DNA of 64,000 nucleotides from Candidatus Bathyarchaeia archaeon (GTDB taxonomy: Archaea; Thermoproteota; Bathyarchaeia; Bathyarchaeales; Bathycorpusculaceae): positions 256,001-320,000 of the forward strand of contig JAVZLQ010000001.1 of NCBI GenBank assembly GCA_038883655.1, written 5' to 3'. This document shows, piece by piece, positions 38,718 through 48,463 of this stretch. The position numbers and the translations under genes were made by a program. The notes below the pieces were generated by a model that was given only the letters and a program-made list of their open reading frames with translations, was not told the origin of the DNA and ran no database searches. Each line of letters starts with the position of its first letter. Position 1 is the stretch's first letter.

Positions 38718-39974
38718 TTAAACCTCAAAAACGTCGCCAGCTCTTGGAGCAACTGCTTCTAATTCAAGCTCGCTCCTAACCCACTTAGCGAAAAGTTCGC
38801 AATTTCCCTCTGCACCATGAACCACATAGATTTTTGGTTTTCCACCAAGGCTTTTCACAGCCTCTTTAAGTTGACTTGCCCCACAATGAGATGAAAAATC
38901 AAAATGCTCAACCCTCGCCTTGACTTTCCGCATTTTACCATCAATTAAACATACTCCCTTCTCCAAAAGCTCTCTGCCAGGGGTTCCGGGAATCTGATAG
39001 CTAACAAGAAAAATTGCGTTTTGAGACTTTTTGCCAACTTTCGAAATGTAAAAAACAGCTGGACCGCCCTTAAGCATGCCCGCGGGCGCAATTATAACGC
39101 CAGGCGTTTTTGTTGCTTTTCTTCTGTCTCTCCATCCCTCAACCCAGTCGGCGGCGTGCATGGCATCAACAAAAAGTTTTGGGTCTCTCAAAAACTCCTT
39201 ATAGTTCATCATGATTTTGCTTGCTTCCCGCGCCATCCCATCAATCGTTACAGTATATTCAAAATGGTGTGCCGCTAGAATGCATGCTATTTCCTGCGAT
39301 CTGCCAACGCCGAACGCTGGAACAAGCACAGTTCCTCCCCTCTCAACAACGTCTGTTACTTCTTCCACAAATTTTCTCTCCAATTCCCGTCTTTCTGGGT
39401 GATCTTCATTCGCGTATGTGCTTTCAATTATTACGGCATCCAAGTCTTCATAGTCCATTTTTGCCCCTTCCAGAAGCCTCGTATCTATGGTGTTGAAGTC
39501 TCCAGTGTAAAGGAGCCTTTTTCCATCAGCCTCTATTAGTATTTGCGCACTTCCAGGCGTATGCCCAGCATTTAATAGTTGGATTTTCATGTCTCCTATT
39601 TCCTCTTCAACGCCAAAATCTAGATGCTTGTTGCTTCTCGTCATTGACCTTAACTCGAGATATTCATAGGGCAAGTAATAGCTTGAGAGGTGTATGAAAT
39701 CTGAAATTAGGAGCTGTGTTAATTCGAGGTTTAGCTTATTTGTGTATAGGAGTTTTTTGCCGTGAATGTAAAATATTGGTACAGCTCCAGAATGGTCTAG
39801 GTGGCTGTGCGTCAAAATTATGGCGTCAACTTCCTTTGGCGGTATGTGCATGGGAAAACCTGGTTCATGGTTTAGCATTACTCCACAGTCTAGCAATACT
39901 TGTTTCTTTTCGGTTTTTACTGCTATGGCTATTCTGCCAACTTCACGTGTTCCGCCCAGAAATTTAATCTGCAA
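38718..39974 (-). CDS. Beta-CASP metallo-beta-lactamase ribonuclease (aCPSF2-like)
   Basis: THSHLDH, AGH.PGS, YTGD, ESTY, FSSH and VHG motifs; no KH domains. Confidence 0.9.
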   Translation of the reverse strand: MQIKFLGGTREVGRIAIAVKTEKKQVLLDCGVMLNHEPGFPMHIPPKEVDAIILTHSHLDHSGAVPIFYIHGKKLLYTNKLNLELTQLLISDFIHLSSYYLPYEYLELRSMTRSNKHLDFGVEEEIGDMKIQLLNAGHTPGSAQILIEADGKRLLYTGDFNTIDTRLLEGAKMDYEDLDAVIIESTYANEDHPERRELERKFVEEVTDVVERGGTVLVPAFGVGRSQEIACILAAHHFEYTVTIDGMAREASKIMMNYKEFLRDPKLFVDAMHAADWVEGWRDRRKATKTPGVIIAPAGMLKGGPAVFYISKVGKKSQNAIFLVSYQIPGTPGRELLEKGVCLIDGKMRKVKARVEHFDFSSHCGASQLKEAVKSLGGKPKIYVVHGAEGNCELFAKWVRSELELEAVAPRAGDVFEV

Positions 39975-40027
39975 CCATACTCATCCTTTTCATTCCGACT
40001 AACGCACTAATCATGCATATTTCTATT

Positions 40028-40642
40028 TTAAAAATGTATTGACCTCCCAGCTGAAGAAGAAACCCTAACAAGCCCACCTTTAATCGCCCTCAAAACCTCG
40101 TCAACATCGAGTGCAGCTTGAACTTCTGTGTAGGCGGTCCACAACTCCTCAACAGAATGTGCGTCGCTTCCAGCAATGCCCGGCAAGCCCATCGTTTTAG
40201 CCAAGTTTTCAGCTAACTTGTTCACAGCCGGCGACGAAACACCGTTTAAAACTTCTATGGCGTCAACCGGATAGCCTTTAGCTGAATCGCCTAAACCATA
40301 AGCCCTGTACGGATGGGCAACAATCACTAAACCGCCATTTTGCTGTGCAAAGTCAATAACTTCCCTAACAGTCCAAGGCTGTGGCGGAAACTCTTCAACG
40401 CCTAAAACTATTAGGTCCCCTTCAGTTGTAGACACCTCGACGCCCGGAATTATTAGAATGTCTTGGTATGCTCGTGCTAATTCGCGAACTTTATAGTATC
40501 CTTCAACCGTGTTGTGGTCTGTTATTGCTACTGCCTTTATGAATGGATGTGCATAAAGCTTTTCAACTATTGTTTTTGGGTGGATTGAGGCGTCAAACGA
40601 GTAATTCGTGTGAACGTGCAGGTCAGCCGCTATCAATCTCAC
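40028..40642 (-). CDS. PHP-domain phosphoesterase
   Basis: DLHVHT, ITDHN, AHP and GSDAH motifs. Confidence 0.9.
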   Translation of the reverse strand: MRLIAADLHVHTNYSFDASIHPKTIVEKLYAHPFIKAVAITDHNTVEGYYKVRELARAYQDILIIPGVEVSTTEGDLIVLGVEEFPPQPWTVREVIDFAQQNGGLVIVAHPYRAYGLGDSAKGYPVDAIEVLNGVSSPAVNKLAENLAKTMGLPGIAGSDAHSVEELWTAYTEVQAALDVDEVLRAIKGGLVRVSSSAGRSIHF

Positions 40643-40646
40643 CCAC

Positions 40647-42263
40647 TCATTTTGTTAACACTTCTTTAAGCCATGCTATAACTGCTTTGTCCCGCCTTTT
40701 CTTTGCGCTAAAATGCCTAAACCTAACATTCTTTTCAAGGCAAATTTTCCTGCAGACATTCAAAATTGCTTTATCCCAATTTTCCTCGTCATTAAGGAGC
40801 AAAACCGCCTTATAATCCATGCGTCTTACATACTCTCCAACTTGGCTTGCCACGTACTCCTTCATTTCCTTGTCTGGCGGAAAAACAGTTTCATGCTGCG
40901 AAAGCGGGTAAACCTCATCGAGCTCTATTGGAACGACGCCAAAAGGAGCAGCGTAAACACAGATGTGAATTTCCTTTACGCTTTGCCCCATATTTGCAAC
41001 AAGTTTCAGTGTCTCTTTCACTTCTTCAGCTTTGTGGAATGGCTTTGCTTGCGTCATGGGCAAAAGCAAGAGAGCTTTTGCCGCTTCTGGTTTCGAATAG
41101 CGCTCAGCCATGCGCATCCTATGTCTAACAACTTCTGGTCTTGAAAGCCCCAAAGAACTGCAGAAGAATAGTCCGCTTTTCTTCACGGTAGGCGCTTGTT
41201 TCTCGATAAATGTTTCATAAAGCCTCAATCTTTTAAGTGCTTGAAGAAGGGATGGGTGTCCATGCGCCCTCATCTCTAAATGTTCCCAAAGTTTACCGTA
41301 ACGTATGGCTTGTTTTATGCGCTTAAGTTCCGAAAGGCAAACATAAAGGTTATGTTCGGCAAGGAACATTTCCCTCTCCTTCTTGGGTTTTTCCAAGATT
41401 TCTTTCGGTGTTTTTGTGGAGCACTTTGGGCATGCACATGGAAAATATTCAAGTTCGTTAAGCTTCCATGTGCCCGCTTCCGTCATGTAACGGTTTTCTC
41501 TGGCGTATATGGCGTATGCAGCAGAATCAAAAAGGTCGCATCCAAGCGCAACAGCCAACGAGAACATCATTGGATGCCCAGCGCCGAATAGGTGAAGAGG
41601 ATTATCAATGGGCAAATTAATTTTCGCGGTCATAATCATATCGACAAGAACGTCGAAACGATAGCGCTCCATAACCTCTGTTGGGCTTCCCAAAGCATAA
41701 ATGTGGAACGGAAGCTTTCCCATCTCAACGGCTGACTCCGCAACAAGCTCCAAGTATTTTCCACCTTGAACTGGTCCAACCCAAAGAATGTCTTCGCGAG
41801 TTTTAACCTTGAAAAGTTCTTTAGCCCTCTTCAGCGTCTCCTTCACGGTTCTTTCTGCAACTTTTCCTGAAACTTTCCAGCCTGTTGGCAAGTCAAGTAT
41901 CGTGGCAATATCAGTGCCGATGCGCTCTTGGTATTCAATAATTTCTTTTGGAGTTACCTCTATGTCTCCATAAACGAGGATTTGGTAGGCGCCAGAATCA
42001 GTCATTATGACACCGTCATAATCTAGGAATTTGTGCAATCCTCCTTCTGCTGGTTTGTTTTGGAAGTGTTTTTGGAGTATGTAAGCGTTTGTTATTAGGG
42101 CTTCAAAGCCCATCTCCCTAATTTTCCGTGGAGGTATCGGTTGTACAACAGGGTTTATCACTGGAAAAAGAAGCGGCGTCTCAACAGTGCCGCTTTTGGT
42201 TTTTAATTTTCCAATTCTTGCAAGTAAGTCCTTCTCTTTAACCTCGAAAGCCATAACTTGCAA
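40647..42263 (-). CDS. tgtA: Archaeosine tRNA-guanine(15) transglycosylase
   Basis: MTDSGAYQ, HLFGAGHP, FDSAAY and CxCxxC...HNL. Confidence 0.95.
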   Translation of the reverse strand: MQVMAFEVKEKDLLARIGKLKTKSGTVETPLLFPVINPVVQPIPPRKIREMGFEALITNAYILQKHFQNKPAEGGLHKFLDYDGVIMTDSGAYQILVYGDIEVTPKEIIEYQERIGTDIATILDLPTGWKVSGKVAERTVKETLKRAKELFKVKTREDILWVGPVQGGKYLELVAESAVEMGKLPFHIYALGSPTEVMERYRFDVLVDMIMTAKINLPIDNPLHLFGAGHPMMFSLAVALGCDLFDSAAYAIYARENRYMTEAGTWKLNELEYFPCACPKCSTKTPKEILEKPKKEREMFLAEHNLYVCLSELKRIKQAIRYGKLWEHLEMRAHGHPSLLQALKRLRLYETFIEKQAPTVKKSGLFFCSSLGLSRPEVVRHRMRMAERYSKPEAAKALLLLPMTQAKPFHKAEEVKETLKLVANMGQSVKEIHICVYAAPFGVVPIELDEVYPLSQHETVFPPDKEMKEYVASQVGEYVRRMDYKAVLLLNDEENWDKAILNVCRKICLEKNVRFRHFSAKKRRDKAVIAWLKEVLTK

Positions 42264-42344
42264 CCTTAAACAGAATCAGCTAAACACACTTATATCGCAT
42301 TTTCTTTAAATCACCCCTAAACGCGTTCTGGAAGTGCCATAAGC

Positions 42345-43097
42345 ATGGTTTGCAACATACAAATCTACGAAAAGCCAAAGTTAAATGACCCAATCTTAAT
42401 TGAGGGCTTGCCAGGGATAGGGTTTGTAGCAAACATCGCCGCATTGCATCTAATACACGAGTTGAAGGCTAAACTTTTCGCTGAGGTTGTCTCCGACGCC
42501 TTCCAAGACTTGGCTGTAACCACAGAAACTGGTGGAGCCCGCTCCCCAATAAACGAGCTGTATTACTGTAAGAGGGAGGACGGTGGGCGCGACCTAATAA
42601 TTTGGTATGGCAACACCCAGGCCTTAACAACTTTTGGACAGTATGAACTCTGCGGTCGCATTTTAGACCTTGCACAAGAGCTTGACTGCCGCTTAATCAT
42701 CACTTTAGGTGGCTTCAAAATCGAAGAGGCAAAGGCGACGCCGCAAGTTTATTGCGCAGCCACGGATGCCGAAACTTTAAACGAAGTTCTAAGTCTTGGC
42801 GCCAAGACTATGGTTGGTCAGATATTTGGCGTCGCTGGGGTTCTAATAGGCTTGGGGAGGCTTAAAGGACTTAAGGGCTTTTCGCTTCTTGTTGAAACTT
42901 TAGGCACTTACCCTGACGCTAATGCCACACGCTATGCGTTATCCGTGTTGAATAATTTTCTTAAATTGAATGTCGACATGTCAAGGCTGGATTTGGCTGC
43001 AGAAAAAACACAGAAAATACTTGAATCTTTCGGTATAATCAGAACCATTAAGGAAGAACGCAAAAAGGAAGAGCAGCCATTTCGCTGGTTCGTCTAA
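42345..43097 (+). CDS. PAC2-family proteasome assembly chaperone homolog
   Basis: LIEGLPGIGFVA, ITLGG and LLVET.G..PD. Confidence 0.88.
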   Translation: MVCNIQIYEKPKLNDPILIEGLPGIGFVANIAALHLIHELKAKLFAEVVSDAFQDLAVTTETGGARSPINELYYCKREDGGRDLIIWYGNTQALTTFGQYELCGRILDLAQELDCRLIITLGGFKIEEAKATPQVYCAATDAETLNEVLSLGAKTMVGQIFGVAGVLIGLGRLKGLKGFSLLVETLGTYPDANATRYALSVLNNFLKLNVDMSRLDLAAEKTQKILESFGIIRTIKEERKKEEQPFRWFV

Positions 43098-45205
43098 TCC
43101 CGAACTTCATAAAAGCTCCTTATTTCATTAATTATCTTCTCTAAGCTCGCGTGCGGCTTCATTCCTTCCCTCCAATCTCTTGGAAGCTTTCTTCGAAAGT
43201 TCCCAGCTGCGCGGCCATCCATAAGGATGATTATTCCCCTATCTTCTGGGCTTCGTATGAGCCTTCCGGCAGACTGTGCCAAGGCATTTAAACATGGTAT
43301 CTCATTGGCGTATTCCATAGCTTTTTCTCCAAATTTTTCCATAAAATACTTGTAAAGCGCTTCTTGCAACTCGGTTTTCTTTGGGTATGGCAACCCGACA
43401 ATAACGACAGCTGAAAGCATGCTTCGCCCTTCCATGGTCATGTCGACGCCTTCGCTTATTTTGCCCCTAGCCACACCGAAAATCACGCATTTCCCGTTTT
43501 CCCTCAAAAACCGTAGCACATCCAGAATCTTTGTCCGCTTTTCTTCGGCCATGACTGGGAAGTTAAACTTTGTGATTTTCAGAATTTCTTTCATTATCTC
43601 GTAGGATGGGAAATAAACAGCTATGTTTCCATCAACTTCCGCGGTTATACGCGTCAAGTGCGCCGAAATTTTTCTCCATTGCTCTTCGTTGCGTTCTTCA
43701 AACTTTGTTGTAACTGCCCTATCTACTATTATGAGCCTATTTTCGGGTGAGAATGGACTTGGAAGCTCCATGGTTTCACAGCGACTTCTCTCTAATCCCA
43801 AAACGTCAATGTAATAGTCCATGTGCCACAACGTTCCAGACATAAGTATGGCTGAACGCAAATCATTAATCACACCCGCGGCTAAAGCTGAGTCGAGACA
43901 CTTAACTCCTAACCTTACGCGTTTTCTCTCATTCTTTACGCTTTCAACTTTCACGTACCTTACATAACATGAGCCGGTAACGCTTACAAAGTTTGATAGG
44001 AATTCTGCGCATCTGAAAGTGTATGAAACTGGGTTTCTACCCATTTCAGCCCTTTTCAAGCGGACGGTTTCGCCGACATCCGCAAGCTCGGAGATAATCT
44101 CCAAAAGTCTGTTGGTATTTACATTCAAGCCCTTAAGCAGAGCATTAATGAATTCCTCTCTTTCAATAACGTGTTCAACATCAAGTCCATAATCTCTGTA
44201 CACCTTTTTCCCAAGCTGCACCATAACCTTGCGCAGCACTTCAAGAAAACCATGGTCTTCTAAACTGAAGTATGCGATTTCCCTTTGTGCCCTCATCACA
44301 GAAGTTGTGGATAACTCGTCGGACATCAAGCCAGCAGCATAATATGGTAGGCTGTGCGCTTCATCGAATACGCAGTTTATTTTTTCGGTTTTTATTCCAG
44401 CCCTACCGAGAATTGAGCCTCTGATGGCGTCAACGAGTATGTAGTTGTAATTGCCGATGATTACGTCCGCATGTCTTGTTAGAATCCTCGTAACCTCATA
44501 CGGACAAAGTTCCTCATCCCTGCAGATGTTGTAAACCTCTTCTGGAAGCAATGGTCCAACACTTTTTATTTTACTGACAACATTTTGGGCTAGCCAGCTT
44601 GGCTTCCAAGCGCTATAAACCCTATCGTAAAATTTGCAAGTTTCCCCGAATATGCCACCCTTTAAACCTTTGCAGTAATGCAAAAAATCACGGTAGCTGA
44701 TGTCCTTAAGCCTTTGATTTTCAAGTGCTTGTGGGCACATTTCTTTTTTACTTTTGAAAACCGATGCTGCAACGCTCATGTTACATTTTTCTTTTATGCA
44801 CTTGAGCTCTCTGCAATAGATTTCAAGCTGATTCTTCGTCCTCGTTAGGACGAGAAGTCTCCCAACAGCGTCGTTTGAGCTCTTAGCCATGAGGAAAGCT
44901 GTTAAAACGGAGATCGACTTTCCAGTTCCGCATGGTGAAGAAAGCAAACCTATTTTTCCATTTCTGAAAATGTTGAAGGCAAATTTTATGGCGTTAAGCT
45001 GGAAAGGGCGAAAATTTTGGTATGGAAAGAATTCCATGACAAAATCTTCAAAATCAGCGCTGCTTCTCCCCTCAGAAGCTGAATCTAAAACCCTTCTCAG
45101 CAATGTTCCACACTTTGCGCAGAAGTGACTTTTCTGATATTCCTCAACCGAGTATTTTTCACCACACTTTCGGCAGACGAATAGTGCTTCAGCCATAATA
45201 ATCAT
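43094..45205 (-). CDS. XPD/Rad3-family Fe-S DNA helicase with an N-terminal zinc ribbon
   Basis: Q motif FRPFQ; GTGKS; four Fe-S Cys; DEAH, SGTL and QSAGRLIR..D.G. Confidence 0.9.
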   Translation of the reverse strand: MIIMAEALFVCRKCGEKYSVEEYQKSHFCAKCGTLLRRVLDSASEGRSSADFEDFVMEFFPYQNFRPFQLNAIKFAFNIFRNGKIGLLSSPCGTGKSISVLTAFLMAKSSNDAVGRLLVLTRTKNQLEIYCRELKCIKEKCNMSVAASVFKSKKEMCPQALENQRLKDISYRDFLHYCKGLKGGIFGETCKFYDRVYSAWKPSWLAQNVVSKIKSVGPLLPEEVYNICRDEELCPYEVTRILTRHADVIIGNYNYILVDAIRGSILGRAGIKTEKINCVFDEAHSLPYYAAGLMSDELSTTSVMRAQREIAYFSLEDHGFLEVLRKVMVQLGKKVYRDYGLDVEHVIEREEFINALLKGLNVNTNRLLEIISELADVGETVRLKRAEMGRNPVSYTFRCAEFLSNFVSVTGSCYVRYVKVESVKNERKRVRLGVKCLDSALAAGVINDLRSAILMSGTLWHMDYYIDVLGLERSRCETMELPSPFSPENRLIIVDRAVTTKFEERNEEQWRKISAHLTRITAEVDGNIAVYFPSYEIMKEILKITKFNFPVMAEEKRTKILDVLRFLRENGKCVIFGVARGKISEGVDMTMEGRSMLSAVVIVGLPYPKKTELQEALYKYFMEKFGEKAMEYANEIPCLNALAQSAGRLIRSPEDRGIIILMDGRAAGNFRRKLPRDWREGMKPHASLEKIINEIRSFYEVRD

Positions 45206-45257
45206 TCTTTGCCTTTACCTTAAATGAGAAAAGAGAAGGTGAAGAGGCATTTAATTG

Positions 45258-45701
45258 TTATTGCCCCTTTATTTCGCTGACAAACTGCTCGTAAACCTTC
45301 TGCACACGTTCCGCTGCTGGACCAGAACCCTCCACAACACCTTTTTCTGTTACTTTAACCTTGTCCATTACCCAGATGAACCCCTTATCCTCGTAAAGCT
45401 TAACCATTGTTGGAAAAACCTTTTCAAGACGGTCAGCCAAGGCTCGTAAATCGAATGGTTTTTCCACGCTTAGTATTTGGGCAACCACGCTTCCGTTTAG
45501 GAAAACTCTGTGCAGAACTTTTCCCTCTTCGTCCTTTGCTTCAGCTAAGACGAGGCTTAGGTTGTCGGGGTTAATCCCTATCAACGTTCCATTATAAGTC
45601 TTTCCAGTAGTTGTTGAAACAATCACAGTCCTATCAACAAGCGCCGCTACTTCCGTGAAGAACTTTCTCTGCGCCACAGACAACTCCCTAACCTCCTTCA
45701 C
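45258..45701 (-). CDS. Lsm/Sm-like protein with a C-terminal domain (SmAP3 type)
   Basis: Sm1 (G..Y.G.L.G...L.L.L..A) and Sm2 (VFLNG); about 60-aa C-terminal extension. Confidence 0.88.
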   Translation of the reverse strand: MKEVRELSVAQRKFFTEVAALVDRTVIVSTTTGKTYNGTLIGINPDNLSLVLAEAKDEEGKVLHRVFLNGSVVAQILSVEKPFDLRALADRLEKVFPTMVKLYEDKGFIWVMDKVKVTEKGVVEGSGPAAERVQKVYEQFVSEIKGQ

Positions 45702-45732
45702 ACTACGAAATTGCTGAACAACTATTTAGAAT

Positions 45733-47028
45733 TTAACAAATAAACAATATATTAGATGATCTTCTTTCAACATCTTGCTTAGCAAGCACGATGGTGTTGG
45801 ATGGCAAATCTCTACCAACCACCACGTTTGGTCCAACCCAAGTATTTACGCCAACCTTCACGCCGGGCATGAAAAGCGCGTTTATCCCAGTCTTAACGTT
45901 ATCGCCTAAAACTGCCCCAAGCTTCCTCCTCCCAGTATCAACGACCTCTCCCTTAACCATCATCTTAACGGTTTCTCCGTCAAGCCTATAGTTCGCCGTT
46001 ATTGTGCCCGCGCCCAAATTGCAGTTCTCACCGATTATGCTGTCGCCAACATAAGACAAATGGCCAATGTGAACCCTGTCCATTATTATGCTATTCTTTA
46101 TTTCGCAAGCATTTCCTATGCGAACACCTTTTCCAATGCTTGTGTAGGGGCGAATGTAACAGTTAGGTCCTATGTCACTTTCTTCGTCGATAAAGACTGG
46201 GCCTTCAATGTATGCTCCCGAGCGTATACGTGCATTTTCCGCTACTGTTACTGGGCCTATAAGATGCGCGCCCTCTTCAATGTTTCCCAGAACCTTGTGT
46301 TCCATTCGCGTTAAAATCCAGCAATTTGCCTCAAGCAAGTCCCACGGTCTTCCTACGTCCATCCATTCTTCCTTCGGAATTTTTGCCGCAAGCACGTTCT
46401 TTTTCTCTTTAAGCAAAAGTGATACCGCGTCTGTTATTTCCCACTCGCCTCTAACAGAGGCTGAAGTTTCTCTTATCTTTTCAAAGATTTCGGTTGAAAG
46501 CACGTATATTCCAGCATTAGCCAAATCTGTAGACACTTCGCCTCTTTTCGGTTTTTCAAAAAGCTTCTTCACTTTACCTTCGTCATCTAGCTCTACCATG
46601 CCATAGTTTTCGGGGTTTTCAACTGGAACAACAGCCATCACGGCAGAAATGCTTTCCCCACTCCTATATACGTTAAGAACTTTGCTTACGGCTTCTTTAG
46701 AGAAGAGTAAGTCGCCATAAACGAGCAGAAAATCCCCATCCACGTGCGGTTCAGCAACGCTTACCGCGTTGCCAGTTCCAAGCACATCCTTTTGCTCAGC
46801 ATATTCAATTTTTAATCCAAAATTTTCTCCGTAGCTAAAGTATTTGCGGATGACGTCTCCCATGTAATGGGTAACGATTAAGGCTTCATCTATTCCATGG
46901 GCTTTCAAAGCGTTTAAACAATGCTCGAGTAGTGGTTTTCCGCCAACCTTTATCATATGTTTCGGTCTTGTCAATGTGATTGGCTGGAGCCTAATACCTT
47001 CTCCAGCAGCTAGAATAACTGCCTTCAT
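45733..47028 (-). CDS. glmU: Bifunctional sugar-1-phosphate nucleotidylyltransferase/acetyltransferase (archaeal GlmU)
   Basis: LAAGEG.RL.P.T..RPK; hexapeptide beta-helix; HLSYVGDS; GAGTITAN. Confidence 0.9.
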   Translation of the reverse strand: MKAVILAAGEGIRLQPITLTRPKHMIKVGGKPLLEHCLNALKAHGIDEALIVTHYMGDVIRKYFSYGENFGLKIEYAEQKDVLGTGNAVSVAEPHVDGDFLLVYGDLLFSKEAVSKVLNVYRSGESISAVMAVVPVENPENYGMVELDDEGKVKKLFEKPKRGEVSTDLANAGIYVLSTEIFEKIRETSASVRGEWEITDAVSLLLKEKKNVLAAKIPKEEWMDVGRPWDLLEANCWILTRMEHKVLGNIEEGAHLIGPVTVAENARIRSGAYIEGPVFIDEESDIGPNCYIRPYTSIGKGVRIGNACEIKNSIIMDRVHIGHLSYVGDSIIGENCNLGAGTITANYRLDGETVKMMVKGEVVDTGRRKLGAVLGDNVKTGINALFMPGVKVGVNTWVGPNVVVGRDLPSNTIVLAKQDVERRSSNILFIC

Positions 47029-48401
47029 TTTCCCATCCCAGCAACCAGCCTCCTAATGACTACAATGCCCTCCTTCATTATCTCCTTTGCATTTTTTAAC
47101 GATTTGCCCTCCACGGTCAACCTTATGAGGGGCTCCGTGCCAGAAGCCCTAACCAAAATCCACCCTTCCGGAAGAGTTAGGCGAACACCATCAACCGTGG
47201 ACAAATCATTATACCTTGGAAACACCATCGTTAAATGCTTGGTTGCCTCTGCAACAACCGTATGTTTCACTTTATTTTCACAAGCAACACTTTTTCTGAT
47301 AACAACATATTTTGGCACTTCAGCAACGAAATCCGATAAATTTTTGTTTGAATCTTCCAAAGCCTTCAAAAGTAGCGCAGAAGACAAAATTCCATCTGGG
47401 CAGTAATGAAATTGTGGATGTATCCATGCCCCACATGGCTCCCCGCCAAAAATAGCCTTGTATCGCCTTATTGCCTCCACAATGTATATGTCGCCAACCT
47501 TTGTCCTAACAACCTCTCCACCAGCTGCTTCAACTATTTCATCAATACACATTGAAGCCTCAACATTAGTCACAAAAGCGCCACCACCATTTTTCCTCAC
47601 GATATACGCGGCATAAGCCGCCAAAACACGGTCAAAATCTACAAAACAGCCCTCCTCGTCAACAAAAGCCACCCTATCACCATCACCGTCATAGGCTATG
47701 CCTAAATCCGCTTTTAATTCATGGACAATATTGGCGAGTGGCTTCAAGGACTCATCGTCCGGCTCTGGGCTTCTCGCGGGAAAGAACCCGTCCGGCTGCG
47801 CGTTTATTGCCGTTACTTTACAGCCCAAAGCCCTAAAAATTGTGGGTGCACAACTGTAAGTTGCTCCACATCCAGCATCAACAACTACATGCCACTTCCT
47901 GCGCAGCTTTATAGCCTTGCACAACGTCTCCACGTAACTTTTACTCTCGTCAACATCCACGATCTTGCCAATCTTTTGCCAGTCAGAGAAAAAGAAACTT
48001 TCTTTTCTAATCAATTTTTCAATTTCGCCCTGTCTCTTCTCGCTGTACGAGGCACCGTCTTTGTCGAAGACTTTTATGCCGTTGTATTGAGGCGGGTTAT
48101 GCGAAGCTGTTATCATAATCCCCGCGTCAGCCTTCAAATGTTTGGTTAGATAGGCTAGCGTTGGTGTTGGCAGAACACCCAAGCGGTAGACGTCTGCACC
48201 TCCGGCTAAAATTCCCGAAACTAGTGCGTTTTCAATCATTAGCCCAGAAACCCTTGTGTCTCTCGCCACAAGTACCTTTTTTGCCTTGCTAAAGTTCGCA
48301 ATTGCCAAGCCAACTTTAACCGCCAGCATCGGCGTCAAATCAACGTTGGCTATTCCTCGAATTCCGGAACTGCCGAACAACTTCGCTTCCACAGTTTTCA
48401 C
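47025..48401 (-). CDS. glmM: Phosphoglucosamine mutase (alpha-D-phosphohexomutase)
   Basis: FGSSGIRG, TASHNP, DGDGDR and RASGTEP; overlaps glmU by 4 nt. Confidence 0.88.
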   Translation of the reverse strand: MKTVEAKLFGSSGIRGIANVDLTPMLAVKVGLAIANFSKAKKVLVARDTRVSGLMIENALVSGILAGGADVYRLGVLPTPTLAYLTKHLKADAGIMITASHNPPQYNGIKVFDKDGASYSEKRQGEIEKLIRKESFFFSDWQKIGKIVDVDESKSYVETLCKAIKLRRKWHVVVDAGCGATYSCAPTIFRALGCKVTAINAQPDGFFPARSPEPDDESLKPLANIVHELKADLGIAYDGDGDRVAFVDEEGCFVDFDRVLAAYAAYIVRKNGGGAFVTNVEASMCIDEIVEAAGGEVVRTKVGDIYIVEAIRRYKAIFGGEPCGAWIHPQFHYCPDGILSSALLLKALEDSNKNLSDFVAEVPKYVVIRKSVACENKVKHTVVAEATKHLTMVFPRYNDLSTVDGVRLTLPEGWILVRASGTEPLIRLTVEGKSLKNAKEIMKEGIVVIRRLVAGMGK

Positions 48402-48463
48402 CTAGGCAGCTCTTTATGGTTAAAATCAGAATTTCCTTAAATAGTTATGCAGTGAAAATGCGG

